In this document: one piece after another, positions 29,196 through 39,067 of the stretch
Layout: each line of letters opens with the position of its first letter
How positions within the stretch are numbered: the stretch's first letter is position 1
Source: Rickettsiales bacterium
GTDB lineage: Bacteria; Pseudomonadota; Alphaproteobacteria; Rickettsiales; CANDYO01
Assembly: GCA_965228885.1 (NCBI GenBank)
Contig: OZ245841.1
Span: forward strand, 94,240-158,239
DNA: 64,000 bases
Direction: 5' to 3'
The notes under the pieces: generated by a model
Database searches by the model: none
What the model was told of the DNA's origin: nothing
The model's input: only the letters and a program-made list of their open reading frames with translations
Translations under genes and position numbers: made by a program

Positions 29196-29516
29196 ATGTT
29201 ATTAAAAGATATAGAATCTTATATTGAAAACAATATTGACAAATCAGAACACGATTTAATGTCCGATGTAAAATACGTATGTAAATCTTGCTCTCTAATT
29301 ACTGAGTCCTTGCAAAAAGGTTGCGATGTAATGCAAATGCCTAATGGAGATATTATTATCACGGAGCTGAAAGCAGTTACTTTTCACTATACTTGGGACG
29401 CTAAAAAATCTGCTCTAGTTAGAAGCCAATCTGGTAACAAAATTAAAAAAGGCAAACCCAAAAAAGTTACTAATACCTACAAAGAAGAAGCCGTAAAAAC
29501 TGAAGAATTAGCTTAG
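29196..29516 (+). CDS. small hypothetical protein with a lysine-rich tail
   Basis: 106-codon ORF. 'AAGGAAATATT' lies upstream of the ATG. Contains 'CKSC...GC' cysteines. No family recognised. Confidence 0.4.
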   Translation: MLLKDIESYIENNIDKSEHDLMSDVKYVCKSCSLITESLQKGCDVMQMPNGDIIITELKAVTFHYTWDAKKSALVRSQSGNKIKKGKPKKVTNTYKEEAVKTEELA

Positions 29517-29520
29517 TTAT

Positions 29521-31185
29521 TTAAGTAAACTTTAGGCTTGAGAGAAACTTATCTACCTCGTTCTGCAGCATCTCTGATTGTTTCAGCAAATCTTTTGCCG
29601 AAGAAGCCATTTGGCTTGAAGCCTCACCAGCATGATTAGAAGAATCAGCCACTTTTTCTACTCCTGAAGTAACAGAATTAGACATAACAGATACTTCAGA
29701 GATACTCTCAGCAATGTACGAACTGGCTTTATTTTGCTTCTCAACAGAAGATACTATCGAAGCTGAATTATGATTAATTGTTTTCACTGACTCAGTAATT
29801 TCCTGAATAGATGTAACTGCTTTATTTGTTGAAGATTGAATGCCTGATATCTGAAAGTTAATCTGCTCAGTAGCCTTAGAAGTTTGAGTAGCTAATGCCT
29901 TCACTTCATTAGCTACAACTGCAAAACCTTTTCCCATATCACCTGCTCTAGCAGCCTCAATAGTTGCATTTAAAGCCAAAAGATCTATTTGAGATGTTAT
30001 ACCATTAATAATATCAATAATACCACTCACTGCATTAGCTTTTGTTTCTAAATCAGCAACCATTGTGTTTACTTGATCCGCCTGCTCAACTACCTTGCCT
30101 GCATATCCAAGAGAATTATTAACCTGGATAGTTATTTCATTCACCTCGTTGGTAAATTCACTAGTGGCCTTGGACACTCCCTCCATACTAGTACTAGCCT
30201 TAACTGAAGTGGAGGATAACAATTCTGTTTCCTCTTGAGTACGAGCTGACAATTGCTTAAGCTCCAAAGCAGTAGCATCCATTTTCTTAACAGATAATGC
30301 CACAGTATCAACAATACCTTTTACACTAGTTTCAAATTGACGTGAAAATGTTAACATAGCATTATGTCTATCTTCTTCTGCTTTTTGAGCTTGTTGCTTA
30401 GCCTGCTCCTCAAGCTCTTCTTTTTTTATTCCAGTTAGACGAAACACCTCTAATGCCTTAGCTATATTTCCTATTTCATCTTCTCTTTTGATAAATGGTA
30501 CTTCTTCAACTCGATTATCATTGGCAATAATATTCATTACCTCAATTAGTCTTGTAAGAGGCTTAAGCAAAGATGAATGAAGAAATGTCGATACTAGAAT
30601 AATTATTATAACTAAAGCAGATACGAATAATACGGGCTTTATAGCAACTCCCCTTACCCATTCGTCTTTTTCTTTATTAGAGGTGCTAATAAATTCAATA
30701 AGCTGATCTCTCAACAACTTAGATGATACATCAACGCTATCAGAGGCTCTCTTAAGAGAATCAAGATCTTTAGAAAAGTCCCCTTTTCCTAAAGAATCTA
30801 CAAGTAACTGAACTTTTTCTATAAAAACCGTAAAATCATTGTCTAAATTGATAATACTTTGCTTGATTTTTTTAGGAAGAACAGAGGTCATATCCTGAAA
30901 ATTAATTTTCTCATTCTCCTTTAAAAGACCTGACAATTCTTTTTGTACAACTTTAATAATACTTTCTTTATCTGCATAGTCAGATATACCTGCCCATATT
31001 TTTTCCTGAATTAACAATCTATGATCATTCTTGTTAGAATATACTCTAGCAATATGTTCAGAATTCTGCACTTCTTTAATCAAGGAAATATAATCTTTTA
31101 AATGCATTGTATAAATAAAAATTACCATTAGCATTAATACTACTGATATACCCGCCGCCAAAAAGAATTTTGTCTGTAATCTCAT
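29521..31185 (-). CDS. methyl-accepting chemotaxis protein (2 TM, HAMP, MCP signalling domain)
   Basis: Highly conserved hairpin tip '[31 protein letters not shown]'. TM1 '[19 protein letters not shown]', TM2 '[18 protein letters not shown]', and HAMP '[15 protein letters not shown]...[12 protein letters not shown]'. Confidence 0.9.
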   Translation of the reverse strand: MRLQTKFFLAAGISVVLMLMVIFIYTMHLKDYISLIKEVQNSEHIARVYSNKNDHRLLIQEKIWAGISDYADKESIIKVVQKELSGLLKENEKINFQDMTSVLPKKIKQSIINLDNDFTVFIEKVQLLVDSLGKGDFSKDLDSLKRASDSVDVSSKLLRDQLIEFISTSNKEKDEWVRGVAIKPVLFVSALVIIIILVSTFLHSSLLKPLTRLIEVMNIIANDNRVEEVPFIKREDEIGNIAKALEVFRLTGIKKEELEEQAKQQAQKAEEDRHNAMLTFSRQFETSVKGIVDTVALSVKKMDATALELKQLSARTQEETELLSSTSVKASTSMEGVSKATSEFTNEVNEITIQVNNSLGYAGKVVEQADQVNTMVADLETKANAVSGIIDIINGITSQIDLLALNATIEAARAGDMGKGFAVVANEVKALATQTSKATEQINFQISGIQSSTNKAVTSIQEITESVKTINHNSASIVSSVEKQNKASSYIAESISEVSVMSNSVTSGVEKVADSSNHAGEASSQMASSAKDLLKQSEMLQNEVDKFLSSLKFT

Positions 31186-31415
31186 GATTCATACCTTAAT
31201 TAAATTATTTTTATAATTAACCTAATTTACAGACCATATCATCAAATCATTTATAATTAGTAAATATTATCAACAATTTATTTTAAAAACTCTAATTTAC
31301 AGAGAAAATTACCGCCAACTCAAAAAGAAAGGTTCAAAACTATTCTCTTTATAATTAGATAATGATCCTCTATAATCAAACCAAATGAACCTACAATATA
31401 AAACACTAGACAACT

Positions 31416-32639
31416 ATGCAAAAGCGAACAGTATATAAAACCATTGTAATAATAATGCTATTAGTAATTATAGCATTTCTTGGAAAATATGGATATAAGT
31501 CATATTATAATATAAAATTTAACTCTGCTATAAGCAAAGCAGCTAAAATAGCCCCTTCCATCTGGGATGATAAATATAGTAATTCGATTATAAAAGATAA
31601 ATATAAGGTTGTAATAATCACTAATAACGGAGGTGAATTCAGCTATTCTGAATATTTTAAATATGCCGCTGAAAAAATGGGATGGGAAGTAAAAATATAT
31701 TATAACCAAACGCTTGGAAATGAACCGGAAATTTTAGAGTTTGATCCAGATTTTATAATATTCTCTCAATTTTCTGAAACCACTCCAGATATAAACACTA
31801 AAATCATTGCTCACAAATCTAAAAAATATCTTCTCAGCTTTTCATCTATAGATGCTATTAGGAACCGCTTCAAATGGATATCTATAAGAGACCCTTACAA
31901 ACCTACTAATAGTTTCAAGAAGTTAGTTTCCATGGTTGATGGAATACTCACTATTGCTCCAGAACTACACTTCTATCAGGAAATGTTTAACAAACTAAAT
32001 AAACCATTTTATGGATTACAAATCTTACCATTGGTGCCTAAATTCAATAACGAGCCAACAGAACCAAAGAACTTAATGTGGCTTAGTGGCGGATGGGATA
32101 AATTTAGATCATCCGATAACTACAAACAGTTTATCAACTATTTAAGTGAAAATGTACCAATGAGAGTGTTTGGCCATTATAATTCTTCATCTTATTTAAA
32201 ACCTCGTATTTATGGAGGATATATTGCTCCAGGAATTGAGAATATATCTGCTATACGAAACAATGGAATCTATCTCCTTACTCATAGCGACCTTCATTTT
32301 AAAGGAGGAGAAACAAATATGAGAGGATTTGAAGCATCTGCTGCCAATGCTGTAGTAATTTCAGATAAACATCCTTTCATTGTAAAGAATTTTGGAGATA
32401 GCTTCTTATATTTTGATCACGACAAAGATGCAAAAACTATGTATAACCAAGTTAAATCTCATATAGATTGGATAAGGAGCAATCCAGAAAAAGCACAGAT
32501 AAAAGCAGCAAAAGCTCATCAAATTTTTCTTGATAAATTCACTATCGAAAGAGACTTAATCAGAATTGCTAAAATGCATGAACACATTATAGTCGAAGAA
32601 AATAAATCTATGAATCTGTTATATCCTCTAGGATATTAA
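31416..32639 (+). CDS. CgeB-like glycosyltransferase family protein, paralogue 2 of 3
   Basis: 407 aa. Anchor 'TIVIIMLLVIIAFLG'. 'IKDKYKVVIITNNGGE', 'GWEVKIY', 'DPDFIIF', 'MRGFEASAANAVVISDKHPFIVKNFGDSFLYF'. Confidence 0.55.
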   Translation: MQKRTVYKTIVIIMLLVIIAFLGKYGYKSYYNIKFNSAISKAAKIAPSIWDDKYSNSIIKDKYKVVIITNNGGEFSYSEYFKYAAEKMGWEVKIYYNQTLGNEPEILEFDPDFIIFSQFSETTPDINTKIIAHKSKKYLLSFSSIDAIRNRFKWISIRDPYKPTNSFKKLVSMVDGILTIAPELHFYQEMFNKLNKPFYGLQILPLVPKFNNEPTEPKNLMWLSGGWDKFRSSDNYKQFINYLSENVPMRVFGHYNSSSYLKPRIYGGYIAPGIENISAIRNNGIYLLTHSDLHFKGGETNMRGFEASAANAVVISDKHPFIVKNFGDSFLYFDHDKDAKTMYNQVKSHIDWIRSNPEKAQIKAAKAHQIFLDKFTIERDLIRIAKMHEHIIVEENKSMNLLYPLGY

Positions 32640-32653
32640 TTAGGAAAGAATAA

Positions 32654-33862
32654 ATGACCAAAAAATATAAAATACTTACTATCGTCATCACATTATTAAC
32701 AATAGGTGGACTTGGAAAATATGGTTATAAACTTTATTTGGATTATAAATTAGACGTCGCTTTAGCAAAAGCAAGCAAGACACCTCCTGAATTTTGGGAT
32801 AATAAATATAAAAACTCTATTATAAAAGATAAATATAGAGTTGTTATTATTACCAATAATGGTGGTGAACGTAGCTATGCTGATTATTTTAAATATTCAG
32901 CAGAAAGAAGAGGATGGGAAGTCGAAATATACTTTAATCAAACTTTAGGACATGAAGATGATATTCTAGCTTTTGACCCAGATTTTATTTTATTTTCTCC
33001 TTACGCCAACAATAGTGAACTAGACATGAGAATTTATGCACATAGATCTAAAAAATATGTTTTAGCATTATCACCTATTGAATTAATGGTTGGAGATAAA
33101 TTAAAAAAATACAACCCATATATTCCATCTGATAAGTCTTTCAGAAAACTATTATCTTTCGCCCATGGAGTCTTAACTGCTTCAAAGGAGGTAGATTTTT
33201 ATCGAGTTATTTTTGACAAAGCTAAAAAACCTTTCAATGGCTTACAAATACTTCCATTAGCCCCAAAACTTGATAACGAACCCGCCGAACCAAAGAGCCT
33301 AATGTGGATGAGTGGAGGATGGGATAAATTCCGCTCATCTAAAACTTATAAAAAATTCATCAAAATGCTTGGAAATACAACTCCTTTAAAAGTATATGGT
33401 CATTATTACGCTGCATCATTTCTCCAGCCAGGAATATATGATGGATATATCCCCTCATCTCTAGACGTTTTTAATACTATTAGAAAACATGGTATATACT
33501 TATTAAGTCATTCTCAACAACATATTAATGCAATAATTCCAACTCTTAGAGTTTTTGAAGCCACAGCAGCAAATGCTGTTATAATTTCAGATAAACATCC
33601 TTTTGTTATAGAGCATTTTGGCGACAGCATTTTATATTTTGATCAAAATGCTGATAGTATAAGCATGTATAACCAAGTTAAATCTCATATAGATTGGATA
33701 AAAAACAACCCAAAAGAAGCTAAGCTGAAAGCAACACAAGCTCATCAAATTTTTCTTGATAAATTCACTCTAGATCAAGATCTAGTGAGAATAGCTAAAA
33801 TGCATGAATATGTCATAGCTCAAGAAAAAGAAATGAATCTTAAATATCCTCCTGCTTATTGA
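32654..33862 (+). CDS. CgeB-like glycosyltransferase family protein, paralogue 3 of 3 (tandem copy)
   Basis: 402 aa, collinear with 31416..32639 over its full length. 'LRVFEATAANAVIISDKHPFVIEHFGDSILYF'. Begins 14 nt after the previous stop. Confidence 0.55.
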   Translation: MTKKYKILTIVITLLTIGGLGKYGYKLYLDYKLDVALAKASKTPPEFWDNKYKNSIIKDKYRVVIITNNGGERSYADYFKYSAERRGWEVEIYFNQTLGHEDDILAFDPDFILFSPYANNSELDMRIYAHRSKKYVLALSPIELMVGDKLKKYNPYIPSDKSFRKLLSFAHGVLTASKEVDFYRVIFDKAKKPFNGLQILPLAPKLDNEPAEPKSLMWMSGGWDKFRSSKTYKKFIKMLGNTTPLKVYGHYYAASFLQPGIYDGYIPSSLDVFNTIRKHGIYLLSHSQQHINAIIPTLRVFEATAANAVIISDKHPFVIEHFGDSILYFDQNADSISMYNQVKSHIDWIKNNPKEAKLKATQAHQIFLDKFTLDQDLVRIAKMHEYVIAQEKEMNLKYPPAY

Positions 33863-34647
33863 GAAGAAAAAAATCTTTGCATTCTTAAAAATGCATCTTT
33901 AACATCATAGTTACTATGCCCTATTCCTTCATAAATAACTATATCTTTTGGGTCTTTTGCTTCAAAAAATATCTTCTCTGAATGAGAGTGAGGAACCACC
34001 TTATCTGCAGTTCCATGAATTATAAATAACGGCTGGTTTATTTTTGCAATATTACTCAATACTTTAAAATTATCCTTAGTAAGATATTGAGTAAACATGA
34101 AGGGATAAATCTCACCTGCCCTATCAGCAATTGAAGTATAAGGAGTAATTAAAAACAAACCTTTGAAATTATATTTAACTGACATTTCTGTAGCAATTCC
34201 ACTACCTAAAGACTCTCCAATGATAATAGTATCTGAAAGATTATATCCCTTAAATTGTATATAAGATATAGCAGCCTCAGCGTCTAGATAAAGCCCTTTT
34301 TCTGTTGGAAAATCAGCACTTCTACCAAAACCTCTCCATGCTGGTATAATGAAGCCATACCCCATATCTGATAATTGCCTTAATTTATCTACTCTATTCT
34401 CTAAGTTGCCAGCGTTACCATGTAAGAAAATTATCATATCCTTATTATTATCTGGCTTTCTAAACCATGCTTGTAATTTTATATTGTCCTTAGTAACTAA
34501 CGTTATTTCCTCTGCCTTATCTATTTTATAATAACCTAATTCATACTTTTGTTTCACAGGGTGATACATCATATTACGCTGATTAATATATAACACAGCT
34601 AAAATAATCAAATATACCAACCCAATTAGCACTAATATTCTTTTCAT
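33856..34647 (-). CDS. alpha/beta hydrolase (BEM46/ABHD13-like)
   Basis: N-terminal TM helix, 'IFLHGNAGN', nucleophile elbow 'IIGESLGSG', 'IIHGTADKVV', and 'GHSNY' for the catalytic His. Confidence 0.75.
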   Translation of the reverse strand: MKRILVLIGLVYLIILAVLYINQRNMMYHPVKQKYELGYYKIDKAEEITLVTKDNIKLQAWFRKPDNNKDMIIFLHGNAGNLENRVDKLRQLSDMGYGFIIPAWRGFGRSADFPTEKGLYLDAEAAISYIQFKGYNLSDTIIIGESLGSGIATEMSVKYNFKGLFLITPYTSIADRAGEIYPFMFTQYLTKDNFKVLSNIAKINQPLFIIHGTADKVVPHSHSEKIFFEAKDPKDIVIYEGIGHSNYDVKDAFLRMQRFFSSQ

Positions 34648-34648
34648 G

Positions 34649-35932
34649 TTATAACTCCTCTTGAAACTTTGCTAAAAATTGCTTTATTACTTTTTTAACC
34701 ATCTTAGCTGCCTGGGCTTCTGCAGAAACATTCTCTTTTGCCCAACCTTTAATCCATTCTTCTGCTAACATCCATAAGTTCTGATCTGGACAAAGGATTT
34801 TGCCAATTCCCTCCACCATAATCATACTCTTTTGTAAAAATAATAGCTGGAGCTGTGTTTCCATTTGAAAATCTTCAGTCACTTTAAAAAGCTTACCCAG
34901 CAATTTAGCAATTGATATATCTTGTGGAGACAAACTCATAATTGGCTCACCTATTGATCTACAACTTTGAGCAAAAAGCTCTGCACTATGCTCACTGCTT
35001 ACATAACCAGCTTGATGATGAATCTTAGCAATTAATTCATAATCTTTATTTAAAAATCCATGTAAAATCTGAGCTACATAAATACGATTGTTATAATCTA
35101 ATCTACCCATTATTCCAAAATCTAACAGAATGATTTGTCCTTGCTTATTAATCATAATATTCCCCTGGTGTAAATCAGCGTGGAAGAAACCATTAACAAA
35201 AGCCTGTGAGAAAAACATTACTGCAAAATTAGTAGCAAGAGTTTCTAAATCAATTTTAAACTCCAGTAATTTATCTCTTTCGTATATAGAAACAGCATCA
35301 ACCCATTCCATAGTAAAAACTTTATTGCTTGTACGCAGCCAATTGACTTTAGGAATATGGACATATTCAAGCTTATTATTATCAGCTAATTCACTGGCTG
35401 CTGCTGCTTCAAAGCTTAAGTCTAGCTCAAATTTAAAACTATTCTCAATAGTTCCAACCACCTCAATAAGTTTTAACCTTTTATATTGAGGAAATATTTT
35501 ATCTACAATTTTTGCTACAAAATAGAAAAAATGAACTTCTTTTAAAAGAACCTTATCTATATTAGGACGCCTAACTTTTACTGCTACAACCTCACCATCT
35601 AAAGTTATAGCTTTATGAACTTGAGCAATGGAAGCTGCTGCCACTGGAACTTCAGCAAATTCTTTATATAATTGGTCTATTTCTTGCCCAAATTCATTAA
35701 CTATAATCTTTTTTACCTTAGCGAAAGAAAATGGTGGAAGCTGGTCTCTTAAATAATTAAATGACTCTGCCATTTTAGAACCAACCAAATCAGGACGAGT
35801 TGATAAAAATTGGCCCAACTTGATAAAAGCAGGACCTAATTCTTCTAAAGAAGAAGCTATGTTTTTACGATTCTTTAAGAAAATATATCCTATATAAATC
35901 AATCGCCAGAAATGTCTTAAAGTTTTATACAT
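34649..35932 (-). CDS. ubiB: ubiquinone biosynthesis regulatory kinase-like protein UbiB (ABC1 family)
   Basis: 'LGPAFIKLGQFLSTRPDL', 'ASIAQVHKA', 'FFHADLHQGNIM', 'ILLDFGIMG'. Sits immediately downstream of ubiE, as is usual. Confidence 0.85.
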   Translation of the reverse strand: MYKTLRHFWRLIYIGYIFLKNRKNIASSLEELGPAFIKLGQFLSTRPDLVGSKMAESFNYLRDQLPPFSFAKVKKIIVNEFGQEIDQLYKEFAEVPVAAASIAQVHKAITLDGEVVAVKVRRPNIDKVLLKEVHFFYFVAKIVDKIFPQYKRLKLIEVVGTIENSFKFELDLSFEAAAASELADNNKLEYVHIPKVNWLRTSNKVFTMEWVDAVSIYERDKLLEFKIDLETLATNFAVMFFSQAFVNGFFHADLHQGNIMINKQGQIILLDFGIMGRLDYNNRIYVAQILHGFLNKDYELIAKIHHQAGYVSSEHSAELFAQSCRSIGEPIMSLSPQDISIAKLLGKLFKVTEDFQMETQLQLLFLQKSMIMVEGIGKILCPDQNLWMLAEEWIKGWAKENVSAEAQAAKMVKKVIKQFLAKFQEEL

Positions 35933-35934
35933 AA

Positions 35935-36669
35935 CTATATTTTATATCCTGTATATAAAGCCACTACGCCATTAGTTAAATTTTGAAATTTGCTTAATTG
36001 AAAACCAGTTTTCTTCATCATCCTAACAAATTCTTCTTGAGCTGGGAAAGTGCGAATACTTTCCACCAAATATTTATATGATTCACCATCATTAGCAATT
36101 AAATCGCCAATCTTAGGAATAATATTAAATGAGTAAAAATCATATATTTTAGCCATAGCATTATTGCTCACTCTAGCAAATTCTAAGCAGACAAATTTTC
36201 CACCTGGACTCAACACTCGATGCGCTTCCTGTAAAACTTTTCTAACATTAGTTACATTACGGATACCAAAAGCAATAGTATAATAATCAAAACTATTATC
36301 TTCAAAAGGTAAATCTTCAGCATTACAACAAGAAAACTTTAAACCTTTGTAAATATTATTGTCAAATAACTTATCTCTCCCAGTACTCAACATATTAAAA
36401 TTAATATCACATATAGTTATATCAGGAGTCTTACTTTTACTATAATAACGCTTAGCAATATCACCAGTACCAGAAGCCATGTCTAATAGTGATTTATTTG
36501 GATTTAATTCTTCAATCAACTTAGATTTCCATAAACGATGGATCCCTAAACTCATCGCATCATTCATAATATCATATTTATGGGCAACAGATGAGAAGAC
36601 CTGTTCCACCAATGACTGTTTATCATCCAAATCAACTTTCTTAAAACCAAAGTTCACTTTACTATTCAT
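35935..36669 (-). CDS. ubiE: ubiquinone/menaquinone biosynthesis C-methyltransferase
   Basis: 'VFSSVAHKYDIMNDAMSLGIHRLWK', 'LLDMASGTGDIA', 'LSPGGKFVCLEF'. Confidence 0.9.
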   Translation of the reverse strand: MNSKVNFGFKKVDLDDKQSLVEQVFSSVAHKYDIMNDAMSLGIHRLWKSKLIEELNPNKSLLDMASGTGDIAKRYYSKSKTPDITICDINFNMLSTGRDKLFDNNIYKGLKFSCCNAEDLPFEDNSFDYYTIAFGIRNVTNVRKVLQEAHRVLSPGGKFVCLEFARVSNNAMAKIYDFYSFNIIPKIGDLIANDGESYKYLVESIRTFPAQEEFVRMMKKTGFQLSKFQNLTNGVVALYTGYKI

Positions 36670-36768
36670 GATTTGCTCTGTTTGTTTATTGAAGCCAACA
36701 AAGAGTATACCAACATAGGGTATATAAGGAAATTTAAAATGATAGCAAAAGAAAAATAGTTTGTTTTT

Positions 36769-36845
36769 TGGTGGGGCTGGCGAGATTCGAACTCACGGCC
36801 TCAAGATTAGGAGTCCTGCGCTCTATCCTGCTGAGCTACAGCCCC
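36769..36845 (-). tRNA. tRNA-Arg (anticodon CCU), CCA encoded
   Basis: The reverse complement folds as a cloverleaf: acceptor GGGGCTG/CAGCCCC, D arm GCTC-AGCAGGATA-GAGC, anticodon arm CAGGA-CTCCTAA-TCTTG, T arm GTGAG-TTCGAAT-CTCGC, then A-CCA. 77 nt. Confidence 0.9.
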
Positions 36846-36915
36846 GATACGATAAAACATACAGAATTAATATAAAAAAAAGACCTCTAAAATTAGAAGC
36901 CTTCTAAATTTTTAT

Positions 36916-37425
36916 TTAAGCCTTCTTAGCTGCTGGAGGAGGAGCTAAAAATATCTTTTTTGCATCTTCCGCCTCACTATCCGTACGAGCAATATTCACA
37001 TAGATAGTAGCAGATAAATCAGCATGTAATGCTATATTAACTTCATGAACCCCAACATATTTTATAGGTTTATCTAAAACCACATTGGAATATGAAATTT
37101 CTTGAGAAAATGTTTCTGATGCAATACTTGCAATATCTCTTGGTGAAACTGACCCAAATAATCTCCCGTCTTTACCTGCTTGACAAATGATGGTAATAAA
37201 ATTCTTATCAATTATCGCATAAATTCCTTGAGCTTTATCTAAATCTTTAGCACTCTGAGCTTGGATCTTTGCTTTACGATCTAAAAAGAATTTTTGATTA
37301 GCATCAGTAGCTCTTAAAGCTTTTTTTCTAGGAATCAAAAAATTGCGTGCATAACCAGGCTTAACTGAAATTACCGCGCCCATTTCTCCTAAATGTTTAA
37401 CTCTTTCTAATAAAATAACTTCCAT
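36916..37425 (-). CDS. rplI: 50S ribosomal protein L9
   Basis: 'MEVILLERVKHLGEMGAVISVKPGYARNFLIP' N-terminus. Confidence 0.95.
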   Translation of the reverse strand: MEVILLERVKHLGEMGAVISVKPGYARNFLIPRKKALRATDANQKFFLDRKAKIQAQSAKDLDKAQGIYAIIDKNFITIICQAGKDGRLFGSVSPRDIASIASETFSQEISYSNVVLDKPIKYVGVHEVNIALHADLSATIYVNIARTDSEAEDAKKIFLAPPPAAKKA

Positions 37426-37453
37426 TTCTTTCCTCTAACTTCAAGTCTTAAAT

Positions 37454-37705
37454 TTATACATCAGAATATGGCAACATGGCCAAAACCCTAGCTGTTTTTA
37501 TAGCTTGAACTAATTTTCTATGCTTAGACGCACAAACACCAGTAATTCTTCTTGGCAAAATTCTACCTCTAGCAGAAATAAATCTTTGCATTAATTTTGT
37601 ATCTTTATAATCAATCTCAGGTGCTGCACTTCCTGTTAAAGGACACCCCTTATTAAAACGTCTAAAAAAAACTTTCTTTTTCATGTCCGGCGTAGATGCT
37701 TTCAT
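37454..37705 (-). CDS. rpsR: 30S ribosomal protein S18
   Basis: '[50 protein letters not shown]'. The start could instead be the internal Met 21 nt downstream. Confidence 0.95.
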   Translation of the reverse strand: MKASTPDMKKKVFFRRFNKGCPLTGSAAPEIDYKDTKLMQRFISARGRILPRRITGVCASKHRKLVQAIKTARVLAMLPYSDV

Positions 37706-37708
37706 CGA

Positions 37709-38083
37709 TTATTCTCCCTTATCTACTTTAGCGTCTTCAACTACAGCATCTTCATTAGAAGAAGGTCTAGCTATAGGAGCAGATGGATTTTTACTAATTT
37801 TTTCAACTTTAACTGTTACATGCCTTAAAATATCTTCACTTAAAGCTAACTTTGCTTCCATTTCTTTAACAGCTCCATAAGGTGAATCTATAGCTAACAT
37901 AGTATAATAGGCCTTATTAGACTTCTTAATAGGGTAAGCTAAATCTCTTAATCCCCATTGCTCTATTTTAACAATAGTCCCACCATTATCAGTTAAAATC
38001 TTGCTAAAATTAGCTGTGAATTTTTCTACATCGTTTAAAGACACTTCTTGTCTTGTAATAAATATTGTCTCGTAAAGAGGCAT
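37709..38083 (-). CDS. rpsF: 30S ribosomal protein S6
   Basis: 'MPLYETIFITRQ...' N-terminus. GGAG lies 11 nt upstream of ATG 38083. The ORF track starts 15 nt earlier. Confidence 0.95.
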   Translation of the reverse strand: MPLYETIFITRQEVSLNDVEKFTANFSKILTDNGGTIVKIEQWGLRDLAYPIKKSNKAYYTMLAIDSPYGAVKEMEAKLALSEDILRHVTVKVEKISKNPSAPIARPSSNEDAVVEDAKVDKGE

Positions 38084-38221
38084 AGAGAAACACTCCAAAT
38101 ATTAATTCTAAAAAATAGACAATACATTTTTTAAAAAATTTTGCAAGCAAAGATTTACTATTCAAGTATTTTTTTTAATAGCAACTCTTATTCTATAGTG
38201 AACCCCATAATTTTATTGGTT

Positions 38222-39001
38222 TTAATAATAAAAAATAAAGTTACAATTGAAATAAAAATAGTTATAGAAAGAATAATTCCTATATTGTTGGAATGACCCT
38301 TGGTAAAAATATCCCACCACTTGAAGACCTATGGCTGTAAAAACAAGACGCATAATACCAATAATTGATGATGTCTTTGCTTTTACATGCTTTTTAAAGT
38401 TAATACATATAGGGTAAATCAACATAATTGGGATTATAGTTCCTATACTATAAAAAGCAAAAGACAAAGCTATTAATAATGGACTTTTAACATCCAATAC
38501 CATCATTAATAAAAAAAAACAACTAATCCTACAATAGATAAATAATAAGAATACATTAGCATCATATATTTTGATTTTAATATAGAAACATATCCAGATA
38601 AAAAAGACTCATTCTTAGAATTATCTAATTGATAACTTGGCACAAAAAATACAGTCATACACAAAACCACTAGCCCTAAAATTAAAAGAGCCATAAAATT
38701 TCCCTGTCAGTGATAATATATAGTTATAACACTTCCAATAATGGGGGCCACTGCTATAGAAACGCTAACCAACCCATTTAATAAGGCATATAAAAATAAT
38801 TAGCTTACGACCATATCTGTCCGCTAATCCCCCGATAAAGAATAAACTCAAACAAAAACCTATTAAATTTATCGAAAGTAATCCTTCTACCAAGAAAGGG
38901 GATAAATTAAATTGAGTTTGTAATTCTGGAAAGATGGGTGTGAATAAATCTATTTCCGCCCCACCTAAGATATCCATAAACATAATTGTTACCATAAGCA
39001 T
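38222..39001 (-). pseudogene. degraded MFS (Bcr/CflA-like) transporter gene
   Basis: Three consecutive same-strand ORF fragments in different frames (38765..39001, 38506..38694, 38222..38506). The first carries the MFS loop motif 'GGLADRYGRKLII'. All are hydrophobic. The total span is far shorter than an intact ~400-aa transporter. Confidence 0.65.
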
Positions 39002-39067
39002 GCAACTAGCAAATGTCCACTTTATAAACTTTACTCCTGGTTAATATAACAAGTTTTAAGCTCTTAA

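Noticed and set aside
35130-35489. 119-aa plus-strand ORF inside ubiB
   Set aside because: It is antisense to a gene with intact ABC1 kinase motifs and has no independent support.
36670-36915. tRNA-Arg flanks as a possible integration hotspot or genomic island boundary
   Set aside because: There is no integrase, no direct repeat of the tRNA 3' end and no compositional shift on either side. The flanking genes are ubiE and rplI.
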